From: a virus
Strand: one strand, 5' to 3'
DNA length: 64,000 nucleotides
Virus record (IMG/VR): IMGVR_UViG_3300015263_000627
In this document: positions 46,912-56,516 of the stretch, one piece after another
Numbering within the stretch: position 1 is the first letter of the stretch
Layout: every line of letters starts with the position of its first letter
Notes under the pieces: model-generated
The model's input: only the letters and a program-made list of their open reading frames with translations
Database searches by the model: none
What the model was told of the DNA's origin: nothing
Made by a program: the position numbers and the translations under genes

Positions 46912-47379
46912 ATGAAGAAATTTCTATTATCCTTGATGTTGTTAGCCAGCTTTAGTATGGTAGCCGAAGCTCGCCCACACCACCGAAAACATGTGCGACA
47001 TACTGTCTCTCAAGTGCAACAGTCTGAACAAAAATCTTTTTTTATATGGAATGGTAGTGATCTTGTTAGTAAAGCACGATCTTATATGGGAGCTACTGCC
47101 TCTACATTGGGTTTACGCCGTAATAAATGGTGTGCTGCCTTTCTGAATAAACTTACTGGATCGGGTAATGATGAACGAGCTATTTCATATGCTAGGCGTG
47201 GACAACCCGCTAATAAAGGTTGTGTCGGTTGTGTAGCTGTAATGCGTCATCATGTTGGGGTTGTATCAGGTTATGATAATAGAGGCAATCCAACAATCAT
47301 TTCCGGCAACCATAACCGTCGAGTAGGAGAAGGAACCTATCCGGCTGGTAGAATTTATGCCTACCGTTGGGTCAACTAA
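46912..47379 (+). CDS. Secreted CHAP/NlpC-like cell-wall amidase
   Basis: Signal peptide; WCAAFLN...HHVGVV...IISGNH. Confidence 0.72.
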   Translation: MKKFLLSLMLLASFSMVAEARPHHRKHVRHTVSQVQQSEQKSFFIWNGSDLVSKARSYMGATASTLGLRRNKWCAAFLNKLTGSGNDERAISYARRGQPANKGCVGCVAVMRHHVGVVSGYDNRGNPTIISGNHNRRVGEGTYPAGRIYAYRWVN

Positions 47380-47386
47380 ATAATAC

Positions 47387-47947
47387 ATGGAATATACCGC
47401 TCAACAAAAACAAGTGATGTTGTTTCATCCGGCGATAAAACGCCAGATAAAAATACATTACAAATATAATTTTGCCTATGATATTCCGGGGCTTGTTGGT
47501 TTGTCCACCGATAGACGGACGATCTATATTGATCGGCGGTGTTTCCCTCGCAGTAAAAAAATAGTCAACGCTTTAAAATCTTATATATTAACTCGCAAAG
47601 GTTTATTTGATATTTATCACATATCACCTAATGATGCTCGTGACCTTGCTTTATCTGTTATTTCGTCCGATGTAGCTGCTTCCTTAAAAGGCTATAAGGC
47701 AATAAATCTCAAAAAGAAAGTCAATATCCCTCTCAATCTGGATACATCATTCTTTCATCCTTATAATGCTAAAATTATAAAGAAAAAGATTAAACAAGCT
47801 AGAAAACGAAAAGATTTACTTGACACAACCCGTAAAATACGCTATGATAAACAATTAGCGGAGTATAAAGAATTTGTTAGTAGAAATCTACATAAATCCA
47901 AAGATATTATAACGGATGATTTATTTTCTATACACCAAAATTCATAA
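47387..47947 (+). CDS. Hypothetical protein
   Basis: 186-aa ORF. Confidence 0.5.
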   Translation: MEYTAQQKQVMLFHPAIKRQIKIHYKYNFAYDIPGLVGLSTDRRTIYIDRRCFPRSKKIVNALKSYILTRKGLFDIYHISPNDARDLALSVISSDVAASLKGYKAINLKKKVNIPLNLDTSFFHPYNAKIIKKKIKQARKRKDLLDTTRKIRYDKQLAEYKEFVSRNLHKSKDIITDDLFSIHQNS

Positions 47948-48105
47948 TAAAACCAAGAAAAAATCAAATAGTATATCCCGTTTCTGAAGAAACTAGACAA
48001 AAATTAAGTAAAAGTAAATTTGGCGAAAAAAATCCAATGTATGGAAAAATACCAGCTAATGCCTTTCGAAAAGGTAATATACCATGGAACAAACATGTTA
48101 ATTGA
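47916..48105 (+). pseudogene. GIY-YIG/NUMOD3 endonuclease remnant
   Basis: MIYFLYTKIHNKT start joined out of frame to SEETRQKLSKSKFGEKNPMYGK...GNIPWNK. Confidence 0.6.
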
Positions 48106-48322
48106 AATATATACAAAAAAAGACTGTCCAGCTTGCCAGAAAGTGAAGCAAATACTGACGACTTTTGGGTATAATTACACTGAATATGAATTGGGTCGGA
48201 ATATAACCCGGGAAGAATTGCGTCGTCAATTCCCCGAGGCTAAATTAGTTCCAATTATAATAGTGGATAATGAACGAGTCGATTGCTGGAACGATTTACA
48301 ATTGTTATTGGAACAAAAATAA
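48095..48322 (+). CDS. Glutaredoxin
   Basis: IYTKKDCPAC, VPII.VD. Confidence 0.85.
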   Translation: MLIEIYTKKDCPACQKVKQILTTFGYNYTEYELGRNITREELRRQFPEAKLVPIIIVDNERVDCWNDLQLLLEQK

Positions 48323-48495
48323 TGGCTACTGAAATAATCACCCCATATCCGCTTCCTCCATGGTATGATCCATATCTTTATTACGGATGGGGTGGTTCCG
48401 TATCAATCGAAAAACGGTTAGGACAAATTGAGGAAAGATTATCGCGTATTGAAGAACAATTATCTAAAAATGCACCAACTGAATAAGGATGAAAA

Positions 48496-49128
48496 ATGCC
48501 AACACGTAAAGTAGTATATGAAGTTATTGATAGCGAAAGAGATTATCAAGATAAAAAATGGGGGATTCATCCAGCCTCTACAGGTTCATATTTGGTTTTT
48601 ATGCAAGATTATTTGACCGAAGCAATGCATCAATTTACCCGTCAATCAGGTGAAATTGCAGGTTGGCAGGCTCTTGATACAATCCGCAAGGTAACAGCTT
48701 TGGGGGTTGCTTGCATGGAGCAAAATGGGGCATATTACCGCGAAAATGAACCCAATTGGAATATAAACAAATATAATGAATTTAAAACTAAAAACCCAAA
48801 ATATAAATTATTCGATTTCAAACAATATCATACACATTGGGAGAATCCTAAAATGAGTTATCTATCAGTCAACCGTCAAACCCTGATCAACGATCTAAAG
48901 CAATGCGTTGCTGAAATTCGTTTCCAGAAAAAAGATGGCAGCACCCGAGTTATGAAGGCAACGTTACAAAAAAACTACTTGCCGGAAGAATATCGGGACG
49001 ATCCAGAAAAGCATAGCAATAAGCATTATAACCCCGATGTATTATCGGTATGGGATATTGATGCTAATGAATGGCGATCTTTCCGCTTGGATTGGATATA
49101 TTCAGTTCAGCAATTGCAAGGATACTAA
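48496..49128 (+). CDS. Two-domain protein with C-terminal WYL/Sm-like (DUF2693-type) domain
   Basis: F.KKDG..R.MKATL...VWDID..EWRSFRLD. Confidence 0.65.
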   Translation: MPTRKVVYEVIDSERDYQDKKWGIHPASTGSYLVFMQDYLTEAMHQFTRQSGEIAGWQALDTIRKVTALGVACMEQNGAYYRENEPNWNINKYNEFKTKNPKYKLFDFKQYHTHWENPKMSYLSVNRQTLINDLKQCVAEIRFQKKDGSTRVMKATLQKNYLPEEYRDDPEKHSNKHYNPDVLSVWDIDANEWRSFRLDWIYSVQQLQGY

Positions 49129-49684
49129 TGTTCAAATTGACTAATCCGCTTTGGTTTTATCCAAACTGGTTTATAAAACCACAAAATTCTTTTCCAAAAC
49201 CATTGGAAAGCTTTTTTGAGACAAATGAATGTCCAGATTGTGGTTCCAAAGATTTTTCAGGATGGGAGGATGGTGGACACGATATAGCTTTAGAATGTAA
49301 TAAATGTCATTCAAAATTTGGTGTTCAGCTTCCCCCTTTTAATTTAATTGAAAGAATAGGAAAAATATAATGGCACTTTATTGGGTTGAAGCCCGTTCTT
49401 ACCATAAAATGTATTATGTGGTGGAATCGGAAGGCATTCCGGATGCTGACGAATTGACCAAACGTATCAATGAAGGAACTCTTTCGGAAGTCGCCCAAAC
49501 ATGGGAAGGGGAGCAGCTTGAATCTGTTACCGAAGTCTCTCCCGAGCGTTATAAGGAATTATGGGAACAGCTTTATCCGACTGATCACCCATATCATGAA
49601 ATATTTTCGGAAAATCGAAAGGTTGCTATGGAAAATTCTGTTATCAATCTGGAGGATGAAGTTCGATTCGAAGAAAAAAGTTGA
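49071..49684 (+). CDS. Two hypothetical ORFs (49071-49370 Zn ribbon, 49370-49684)
   Basis: CPDCG...CNKC; coupled. Confidence 0.5.
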
Positions 49685-49694
49685 AAATTTTTGA

Positions 49695-49702
49695 CATAAA
49701 TA
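49695..49702 (+). promoter_or_regulatory. Late promoter candidate (CATAAATA)
   Basis: Upstream of the speD-heptose cluster. Confidence 0.5.
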
Positions 49703-49738
49703 AGTTATCTTTAACAACGTTATTGGGGGTTTCATGAA

Positions 49739-50107
49739 ATGGACGAACAAAAAGTTTGGGGGAAACACTATCTAGTTGATTGTGCAGGATGTAATATTCC
49801 TCAAATAACAGATGAAAAAAATATTAGAAAATTTCTTCAAGAATTAGTAAAACGTATTGATATGAAAGCGTATGGTCAGCCTGTTTTAGCGCATTTTGCA
49901 ACACATGACCCCTCAAAGGGAGGATGGACAGCTTGCCAAATGATCGAAACAAGTCTAATTGATGGACATTTTGTTGATGAAACAGGCGAAGCTTATATAT
50001 CAGTTCATTCTTGTAAAGATTTTTCGAATGAAATTGTAAAAAATACAATTCAAGAATTTTTTACACCGTTTTCAATAAAAGATCATACTGTTTTACGGGC
50101 GGCATAA
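49739..50107 (+). CDS. speD: S-adenosylmethionine decarboxylase proenzyme
   Basis: GKHYLVDC, IETS (autocleavage E/S), H...AYISVHSCK.F. Confidence 0.78.
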   Translation: MDEQKVWGKHYLVDCAGCNIPQITDEKNIRKFLQELVKRIDMKAYGQPVLAHFATHDPSKGGWTACQMIETSLIDGHFVDETGEAYISVHSCKDFSNEIVKNTIQEFFTPFSIKDHTVLRAA

Positions 50108-50235
50108 TGTATCATCCTTATACTGTTTATCTTATTACAAATACATTGAATAATAAGAAATATGTAGGATATACAAAACGAAGCTTAAAAGAAAATGATA
50201 GTGAAGCAAGACTACAAGCCGTTGAATGTGTTTGA
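50107..50235 (+). pseudogene. GIY-YIG N-terminal remnant
   Basis: YTVYLITNTLNNKKYVGYTKRSL then stop. Confidence 0.65.
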
Positions 50236-50779
50236 AACATACCTTCCCCCGGTCAGTAAAGCCATCTTTTTTGACCGGGATGGTGTTATAACTAAGCTTG
50301 TTCCAAAAAACGGTAAAATGCGCTCGCCATGGATTTGGAGTGAGGTTGAGTTTTATCCAGATATCAAAAATTTACTGACCCGAACCAAATCTATGGGGTA
50401 TCGGAATTTGGTTGTGACCAATCAACCCGATATTGCTACCGGGGAAATGCTAAAGACTGATCTTACGCTTATTCATGAACAAATGCAAGAAATCTTTCCT
50501 ATTGATATGATTCTGTCTTGTTCTGATCGATCATCCAACGATTTCAAGCCTAATCCGGGTATGATTCTAACGCTACAAAGAGCATGGAATGTTGACTTGA
50601 AAAAGTCATGGATGATTGGGGATCGCTGGAAAGACGCCGTAGCCGCCTATCTTGCCGGGGTCCGTTATATTCATGTAGGAAATGAAGATGCAATAGCTCC
50701 CTGCCATTACAAGGTGGGAGAACTTAGAACTGCCATTGATCTAATTGAGGATGATTATAAAAGAACATATCATGATTGA
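50195..50779 (+). CDS. gmhB: Heptose-1,7-bisphosphate phosphatase (HAD)
   Basis: AIFFDRDGVI, VVTNQ, KPNPGM, SWMIGDRWKD. Confidence 0.85.
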   Translation: MIVKQDYKPLNVFETYLPPVSKAIFFDRDGVITKLVPKNGKMRSPWIWSEVEFYPDIKNLLTRTKSMGYRNLVVTNQPDIATGEMLKTDLTLIHEQMQEIFPIDMILSCSDRSSNDFKPNPGMILTLQRAWNVDLKKSWMIGDRWKDAVAAYLAGVRYIHVGNEDAIAPCHYKVGELRTAIDLIEDDYKRTYHD

Positions 50780-51368
50780 ATTATATGAAGATTATATGAA
50801 AATTATAACAAATGCCATCAAGGATTTGAATAATCCTGATGATCAAGAAAAATTCGAACGGATAGTAAAAATCCTTCGAAGTTGCCGGGAAAGGCGGGGT
50901 CGAGTATTCATTGCTGGTATGGGAGGATCGGCAGCAAACGGTCAGCATATGGCTAATGATCTTCGAAAAATGGCTAATATCGATGCAATCAATCTAAGCG
51001 ATAATATTGCCGAACTTACTGCTCGCGCCAACGATGATGGTTTCGAAACTATCTATGTAAACAGTCTCCGAGTAAGCAATTTTGAATGGAAGGATGTTTT
51101 ATTCATCCTATCAGTATCCGGAGGAAGTTATGAAAAGAATGCTTCCATGGGTTTAGTTCACGCTATCGATTATGCTGTTGAAAAAGAGGGAACGGTTGTT
51201 GGTATTGTGGGGATGGAAGATAGTGTAACGGCTCGAAATGCTGATATTGCTATTATTACCCCATTTACGTCCGTATTTACAACCCAAGTTTCCGAAGCCT
51301 TACAAGCCGTCATTTGGCATGGCTTGGTATCCGATGAACGTCTAATGGTCAACAAAGCGAAATGGTGA
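50772..51368 (+). CDS. gmhA: Phosphoheptose isomerase (SIS)
   Basis: G.GGSAANGQH.ANDL, TA.AND.GF, LSVSG, SEALQAVIWH. Confidence 0.85.
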   Translation: MIELYEDYMKIITNAIKDLNNPDDQEKFERIVKILRSCRERRGRVFIAGMGGSAANGQHMANDLRKMANIDAINLSDNIAELTARANDDGFETIYVNSLRVSNFEWKDVLFILSVSGGSYEKNASMGLVHAIDYAVEKEGTVVGIVGMEDSVTARNADIAIITPFTSVFTTQVSEALQAVIWHGLVSDERLMVNKAKW

Positions 51369-51371
51369 TTT

Positions 51372-51569
51372 ATGCCTGATACTATGAATACTAAAACTGC
51401 CCAATTGTGGGAAGTATGTCGAAATTTTATTGAAGAACAACAAATATCTTGTGCGGAAGCTGTTTGTCAATCTGATCGTGTAATTCTAAATGCTTATGAA
51501 TTTATAGAAAAAATTTGTGATATTGTCGGATATTACCAATATCCAGAAATGGATGAAGATGAAATTTGA
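51372..51569 (+). CDS. Small hypothetical protein
   Basis: 65-aa ORF. Confidence 0.45.
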   Translation: MPDTMNTKTAQLWEVCRNFIEEQQISCAEAVCQSDRVILNAYEFIEKICDIVGYYQYPEMDEDEI

Positions 51570-52584
51570 TCATACAGGATTTGAAGAAAACGAAATATCA
51601 ATCAAAGCGTTTGGGGGAACTGAACTAACCAAGCGAGGATTGGCAAAATATATCGATCCTGATTTACTTTCTAATTTCCAGATTATATGCTCGCGTGTGA
51701 GGGAACTCGATCCCGAAAAAATTCGGATTTATTATATTCATGATTTACCGGAAGACCCGGAATGTCGAAAGATTATTGATCCTAATTTTCGTAACCAATT
51801 TCATTTGATAGCATTTACTAGTGAATGGCAATATCAACGGTTTCAACATATTTTGAATCTTCCTTATGAGGAAGATTTTGTTGTTTTGGATTCAGGCGTT
51901 GAACCAATCGAAGATCATGAAAAACCAACCGATAAAATAAATCTGATTTATAGTTCAACCCCTCAAAGGGGTTTAGCTCTTTTACTACCAGTAGTTGATA
52001 GGCTATCGGCGGTTTATCCTGAAATTCATTTGCATGTTTTTTCCTCATTCAAGATGTATGGATGGGATGAATATGATAAAAAATTTGATGAATTATATAA
52101 TTTTGTTCGTAATCATTCCCATATGACTTATCATGAATTTAGCGGTGAATCATCCAACGATGAAGTCCGTGCCCAATTGAAACAATCCCATATTTTTGCT
52201 TATCCATGTATATGGCAGGAAACATTTTGCCGGTCAGTAGTTGAAGCTATGTCGGCTAAATTGCTATGTGTGCATCCTAATTATTGCGCCCTTCCTTTTA
52301 CAACCGGAGGATTGAATATTATGTATCCCGGTGATAAAGACCCCCAAAAACATATCAATAAATTTGCTCAATATCTGGAAACTGCAATTCGCATGATAAA
52401 AACAGAAAAAGATTTGATAACTAATAGATTGATGTTCAACAAAGCTTTTGTTGATACTCGTTTTTCAATGAATATGGTTGCTCGTAATTGGTCATTGATA
52501 TTAGATCAATTATCGAAAAAATATTCAACCATTGAATCTCGCAAAATCCCCGAGCAAATGTTTCATTATAATACGGGGGGATAA
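51553..52584 (+). CDS. GT-B glycosyltransferase
   Basis: GGTEL, YSSTPQRGL, FAYP...ETFC....EAMSA (ExF...EA signature). Confidence 0.85.
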   Translation: MKMKFDHTGFEENEISIKAFGGTELTKRGLAKYIDPDLLSNFQIICSRVRELDPEKIRIYYIHDLPEDPECRKIIDPNFRNQFHLIAFTSEWQYQRFQHILNLPYEEDFVVLDSGVEPIEDHEKPTDKINLIYSSTPQRGLALLLPVVDRLSAVYPEIHLHVFSSFKMYGWDEYDKKFDELYNFVRNHSHMTYHEFSGESSNDEVRAQLKQSHIFAYPCIWQETFCRSVVEAMSAKLLCVHPNYCALPFTTGGLNIMYPGDKDPQKHINKFAQYLETAIRMIKTEKDLITNRLMFNKAFVDTRFSMNMVARNWSLILDQLSKKYSTIESRKIPEQMFHYNTGG

Positions 52585-53573
52585 TGCGTATATCCAAAAC
52601 ACCCCTACGAATAAGCTTTTTTGGAGGTGGTTCCGATTTGCCAGCATTTACGGAAAAGGAAAATGGAGCCGCCCTATCGGCTACTATCAATAAGTTTGTC
52701 TATGTTATTACCAATGAAACCCAACGTCCCTTGCGATTTATCCACGAAGATATCCAATATGGATTATCCAACATGCGTAATAATATCCTCAAGGAAACTA
52801 TAGAGGAATTTGGTATAACCAAAAATCTGGATATTGTATCAATGTCGGATATTGATGCGGTGGGAGCCGGTTTAGGCGGATCATCAGCATTTACGGTTGG
52901 ATTACTAAATGTTTTAGAACATGGTAATATGTTTCCAACCCATCATGCTTTAGCTACAAAAGCGTGTGAAATTGAAATTGATAAATGTGGTTATCCTATC
53001 GGTATTCAAGATCAATATGCGGTAACTTGGGGTGGATTCCATTTATGGGAATTTCATCATAATCCCCGATATGCTGACCCAATTGATAATCTTATTTATG
53101 ATAAATCTATTATAGATACAATATTAGAACAAAGGTTGGTTTTGATTTTTTCAGGTATGGCTCGAAGTGAAAATGCTGGAACTATCCTTCAATCACAACA
53201 AAAGTCATTGAAGGATGATCCCCAAAAATTTGAATTGATGAAAAGAATTAGGGATCGTGCCTATATTGGAACTGAATTATTACATAATGATAAATTTGAC
53301 GAATTTGGCGAATTATTACATGAAAATTGGATGGATAAAAAATCTCTCTCTATTGAACTTTCCAATCCTAATTTTGATTATATGTATGAATTTGGATTGA
53401 AAAATGGAGCTATTGGAGGAAAATTACTTGGCGCTGGCGGCGGCGGGTTCTTTCTATTTTATTTACCTAAATCTGTAAATACAGAGAATTTTATTAGCGA
53501 TTTTCTTAGAGAATTTCCCTATAGTAAATATTATCCTTTCCAATTCTATCCCAACGGATCAAGGATCGTATGA
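52584..53573 (+). CDS. hddA: GHMP-family heptose-7-phosphate kinase
   Basis: TPLRISFFGGGSD, GAGLGGSSAF, G.QDQY, GGKLLGAGGGGF. Confidence 0.88.
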   Translation: MRISKTPLRISFFGGGSDLPAFTEKENGAALSATINKFVYVITNETQRPLRFIHEDIQYGLSNMRNNILKETIEEFGITKNLDIVSMSDIDAVGAGLGGSSAFTVGLLNVLEHGNMFPTHHALATKACEIEIDKCGYPIGIQDQYAVTWGGFHLWEFHHNPRYADPIDNLIYDKSIIDTILEQRLVLIFSGMARSENAGTILQSQQKSLKDDPQKFELMKRIRDRAYIGTELLHNDKFDEFGELLHENWMDKKSLSIELSNPNFDYMYEFGLKNGAIGGKLLGAGGGGFFLFYLPKSVNTENFISDFLREFPYSKYYPFQFYPNGSRIV

Positions 53574-53604
53574 CCTAAATAGATGGACAACAGAGATGGA
53601 TTAG

Positions 53605-54003
53605 ATGAATAATGCTATAGGATCGTCTAATAACATAATCGAATTTCCACTCGAAATTTCACGGAATATTCGAAATATCCCTCAACTTAATAAAGAGCAA
53701 GTAGATGAACATGTTCTTTATCTAAAGAATTATGTTGTAGATGAAGTTCTAACAGTAATAGTCCAAAGTGTTTATAATCAGTTGGCAATATCCGGTCATG
53801 AAATCAATGAATATACCATGAAAGACGGTGCTTTGATTGTTGAAGCTATTCGATCTATTATACAGAAAAATCATGGTATTTCTCATGAATTTCAAAATCT
53901 AGCCGAAGAAATGTTTACAAAAGATGAAAATAATTCCTTGACTTTGAGCGCCGATTTGAGTATAATAACAAATAGCGCAATGAAAGCTGTTGGAAATAAT
54001 TAA
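53605..54003 (+). CDS. Hypothetical protein
   Basis: 132-aa ORF after late promoter CTAAATA (53575). Confidence 0.5.
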   Translation: MNNAIGSSNNIIEFPLEISRNIRNIPQLNKEQVDEHVLYLKNYVVDEVLTVIVQSVYNQLAISGHEINEYTMKDGALIVEAIRSIIQKNHGISHEFQNLAEEMFTKDENNSLTLSADLSIITNSAMKAVGNN

Positions 54004-54177
54004 TGTCTAATGTTATAAATTTAGCCACAAAACTCAAGACTGTTGATGAACCAACAAACGATTTACGTTGGATAATTAGACATACCGAAAAAGTATTACA
54101 ACAATACTGGAAGGTAACAAAAATGAATCGAGTAACTTTTGAATGGCGTGATGTGCCTATTGAAATGGAGAAATGAG

Positions 54178-54366
54178 GTGTATCATCTTTATAAAAAGAC
54201 CCATAATATAACTGGGCTAAAATATCTTGGTCAAACAACTAAAAACCCTTACAAATATAGAGGCTCTGGAACTTATTGGAAACGACATATCAAAATTCAT
54301 ACATTAGAAACAAAACAAAAAATGAAAAATAGTTGGAAAAAACGAAAGGAAATATTATGCGCTTAG
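54178..54366 (+). pseudogene. GIY-YIG remnant with internal deletion
   Basis: YHLYKKTHNITGLKYLGQT...Y.GSG.YWKRHIKIH fused to TLETKQKMK. Confidence 0.65.
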
Positions 54367-54794
54367 GAATAGCAGAAATATTGAAGGAAGTTGCAAGTAA
54401 ACCTAACAAGCAAGAAAAGATCAATGAATTACGAAAACACGCAAATAACAATGTATTGACCTTGCTTCTAAAAATGTCCATGGACCCGGGATTGCAATGG
54501 CGAATACCTCCGGGAACTCCTGAGTATAAGCCTGCTGTAAATGCGGATCAACAAGGTATGTTGTATAGTTCTATCAAATTGATTCTTCGTCTTTTTATCA
54601 TAAATCCTATGCTTCCCCCTCCCCCAACTAATAAAAGACAACAAGCTAAAATAGAAATGAAATTTATCGAAGTTTTGGAAACCCTGCATCCTGACGATGC
54701 TAAACTATTGGTTGCCGTCAAGGATAAAAAGCCTTTGGCTCCGGGTATTACCAAAAAACTGGTAGATGAAGCTCTACCCGGATTATTGCAATGA
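54357..54794 (+). CDS. Conserved T4-like-phage hypothetical protein
   Basis: IAEIL..V....K..K...L...FIE.LE.LHPDDAKLL.AVKDKK. Confidence 0.65.
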   Translation: MRLGIAEILKEVASKPNKQEKINELRKHANNNVLTLLLKMSMDPGLQWRIPPGTPEYKPAVNADQQGMLYSSIKLILRLFIINPMLPPPPTNKRQQAKIEMKFIEVLETLHPDDAKLLVAVKDKKPLAPGITKKLVDEALPGLLQ

Positions 54795-54951
54795 GTTATG
54801 TTTATTGGATACATCATAAGGATCATACGGACATAAACACTCAGAAGAAACAAAAAAGAAAATAAGTTTAGCTAATAAAGGTAAAAAAAGACCTGATCTA
54901 AGTAAATATAATAAAACGCGAAAAAGGAGAAGCGATTTTGTCCAGAAGTAG
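54791..54951 (+). pseudogene. GIY-YIG/NUMOD3 remnant with internal deletion
   Basis: MSYVYWIHHKDHTDI joined out of frame to GHKHSEETKKKISLANKGKKRP. Confidence 0.6.
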
Positions 54952-55091
54952 AAACAGAAAATATTATGATGATTATGGTTATGAAGAAGAATATTTCGAA
55001 ATTTTTGATCGAAATAAAAAAAGACGACAAGATCGACAAAAAAAAGCAAACAGTCGTGAGTCATTCGATAATGATATAGAAGAAAACGATT

Positions 55092-55319
55092 ATGCCAACA
55101 TACACAATTCGCAATTGCAAAACCGGTAAAGAATTTCAAAAAACCATGACTATAAGTGAAATGGAGGTTTATCAAAAAAAGCATCCAAACCACGAAGTTT
55201 TATGTGGATTACCAATTATCGGATACAGGATGCATCGTGCAAAACCGGCTGAATGGTTCCGGGACAGATTACGAGAAATCAAGAAAAAATTTCCCAAAAA
55301 TACTATAAACGTGCCTTAA
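55092..55319 (+). CDS. FmdB-like Zn-ribbon protein
   Basis: MPTYT.RNCKTG.EF. Confidence 0.65.
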   Translation: MPTYTIRNCKTGKEFQKTMTISEMEVYQKKHPNHEVLCGLPIIGYRMHRAKPAEWFRDRLREIKKKFPKNTINVP

Positions 55320-56002
55320 TGATATTTCCTCATAAATTTTTACCGCGCCAAGAATTGGTAGCGATTACCGATGAAAACGGACGGCGTTATAAGACTCCAA
55401 TTGGGGATTTGCCATCCGTAACTACTGTTATTGGTCAATCCATGGATAAAACAGGATTGGATCGATGGCGAGAATCCATTGGAGACGAGGAAGCCGATGG
55501 AATTGTAAATCAAGCCCGAGTTCGAGGGCGAGAATTACACGATCTAGCCGAAAATTATGTCCGAAATAATCCAAATTATGCTGATGAAGCAATGCCAATA
55601 AATCTGGATACTTTTCGCCAAGTAAAAGCTTTATTGGATAAAAATCTGGAAACGGTATATGGGATCGAATTGCCCTTGTGGTCTAAAGTCCTTCGAACGG
55701 CAGGACAAGCTGATATGATAGGGAAATGGCAAGGAAAAAATGCCATTATCGACTATAAAACATCATTGAAACCCAAGACTGAAGAAAGATGCCTTGGTTA
55801 TCTATTACAGGGAACCACCTATGCCTGTATGATGTATGAACGTTATAAAATGATTATTCCTTTAGTAGTTATTATTCTTACTATTGACCACGAATTAAGA
55901 CCTGTTGTCTATTCTGTGTCATCTGATAAATACTACGATCAGGTTTATGATATTTTCGTAGAAAGGCGGCAACATGAAATCATTCAAAAGGCATTTGCTT
56001 GA
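55319..56002 (+). CDS. PD-(D/E)xK (Cas4/RecB-like) exonuclease
   Basis: LPSVTTVI, RG..LH, AGQAD.I, IIDYKTS, Q...YA. Confidence 0.85.
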   Translation: MIFPHKFLPRQELVAITDENGRRYKTPIGDLPSVTTVIGQSMDKTGLDRWRESIGDEEADGIVNQARVRGRELHDLAENYVRNNPNYADEAMPINLDTFRQVKALLDKNLETVYGIELPLWSKVLRTAGQADMIGKWQGKNAIIDYKTSLKPKTEERCLGYLLQGTTYACMMYERYKMIIPLVVIILTIDHELRPVVYSVSSDKYYDQVYDIFVERRQHEIIQKAFA

Positions 56003-56516
56003 TGAATCGGCAAGGCGTAGCCTTTCACGTATTATGTCTCACCTTGAAGGGGGTAATGTTGGAATTATATCCGCTTCCTTGAAGGATCGATCCGCCGCCG
56101 AAAATAATAAACATACAAACGAAATGGAGAAGGCAATCAAGTCAAGCGGCTTGGCATATTTCCGTCGCCATGGTCAATATGAGGGTCCAAAAGGTCTGGA
56201 AAAGGAACGGTCATTTGTTGTTCTAGGAAAAAAAGGTAATGATCAGGGTCAATTGCTCAATCTTCTAAAAACCCAAGGTAAGCTACACGGTCAACATTCG
56301 ATCCTGCATAAATCTTATGATAAAAACGATGCTGAATTACACTTTTTACAAAATGATGGAACCAATAAGGAAGGGGATACAATGTCTGTGGGAAAATTCC
56401 ACCCCAACCATGTAAATCCTTATGGACATACCGTCTTATCCAAAGGGGGAGGCAAAGCGGGAAAAACACCCGCCGCCTTTAAAACTTTTGCATTTGAGGA
56501 AATAACCAATGAGTAA
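55974..56516 (+). CDS. Conserved hypothetical (possible virion) protein
   Basis: MKSFKRHLLDE N-terminus; SLSRI..H...GIISA...EN. Confidence 0.55.
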   Translation: MKSFKRHLLDESARRSLSRIMSHLEGGNVGIISASLKDRSAAENNKHTNEMEKAIKSSGLAYFRRHGQYEGPKGLEKERSFVVLGKKGNDQGQLLNLLKTQGKLHGQHSILHKSYDKNDAELHFLQNDGTNKEGDTMSVGKFHPNHVNPYGHTVLSKGGGKAGKTPAAFKTFAFEEITNE

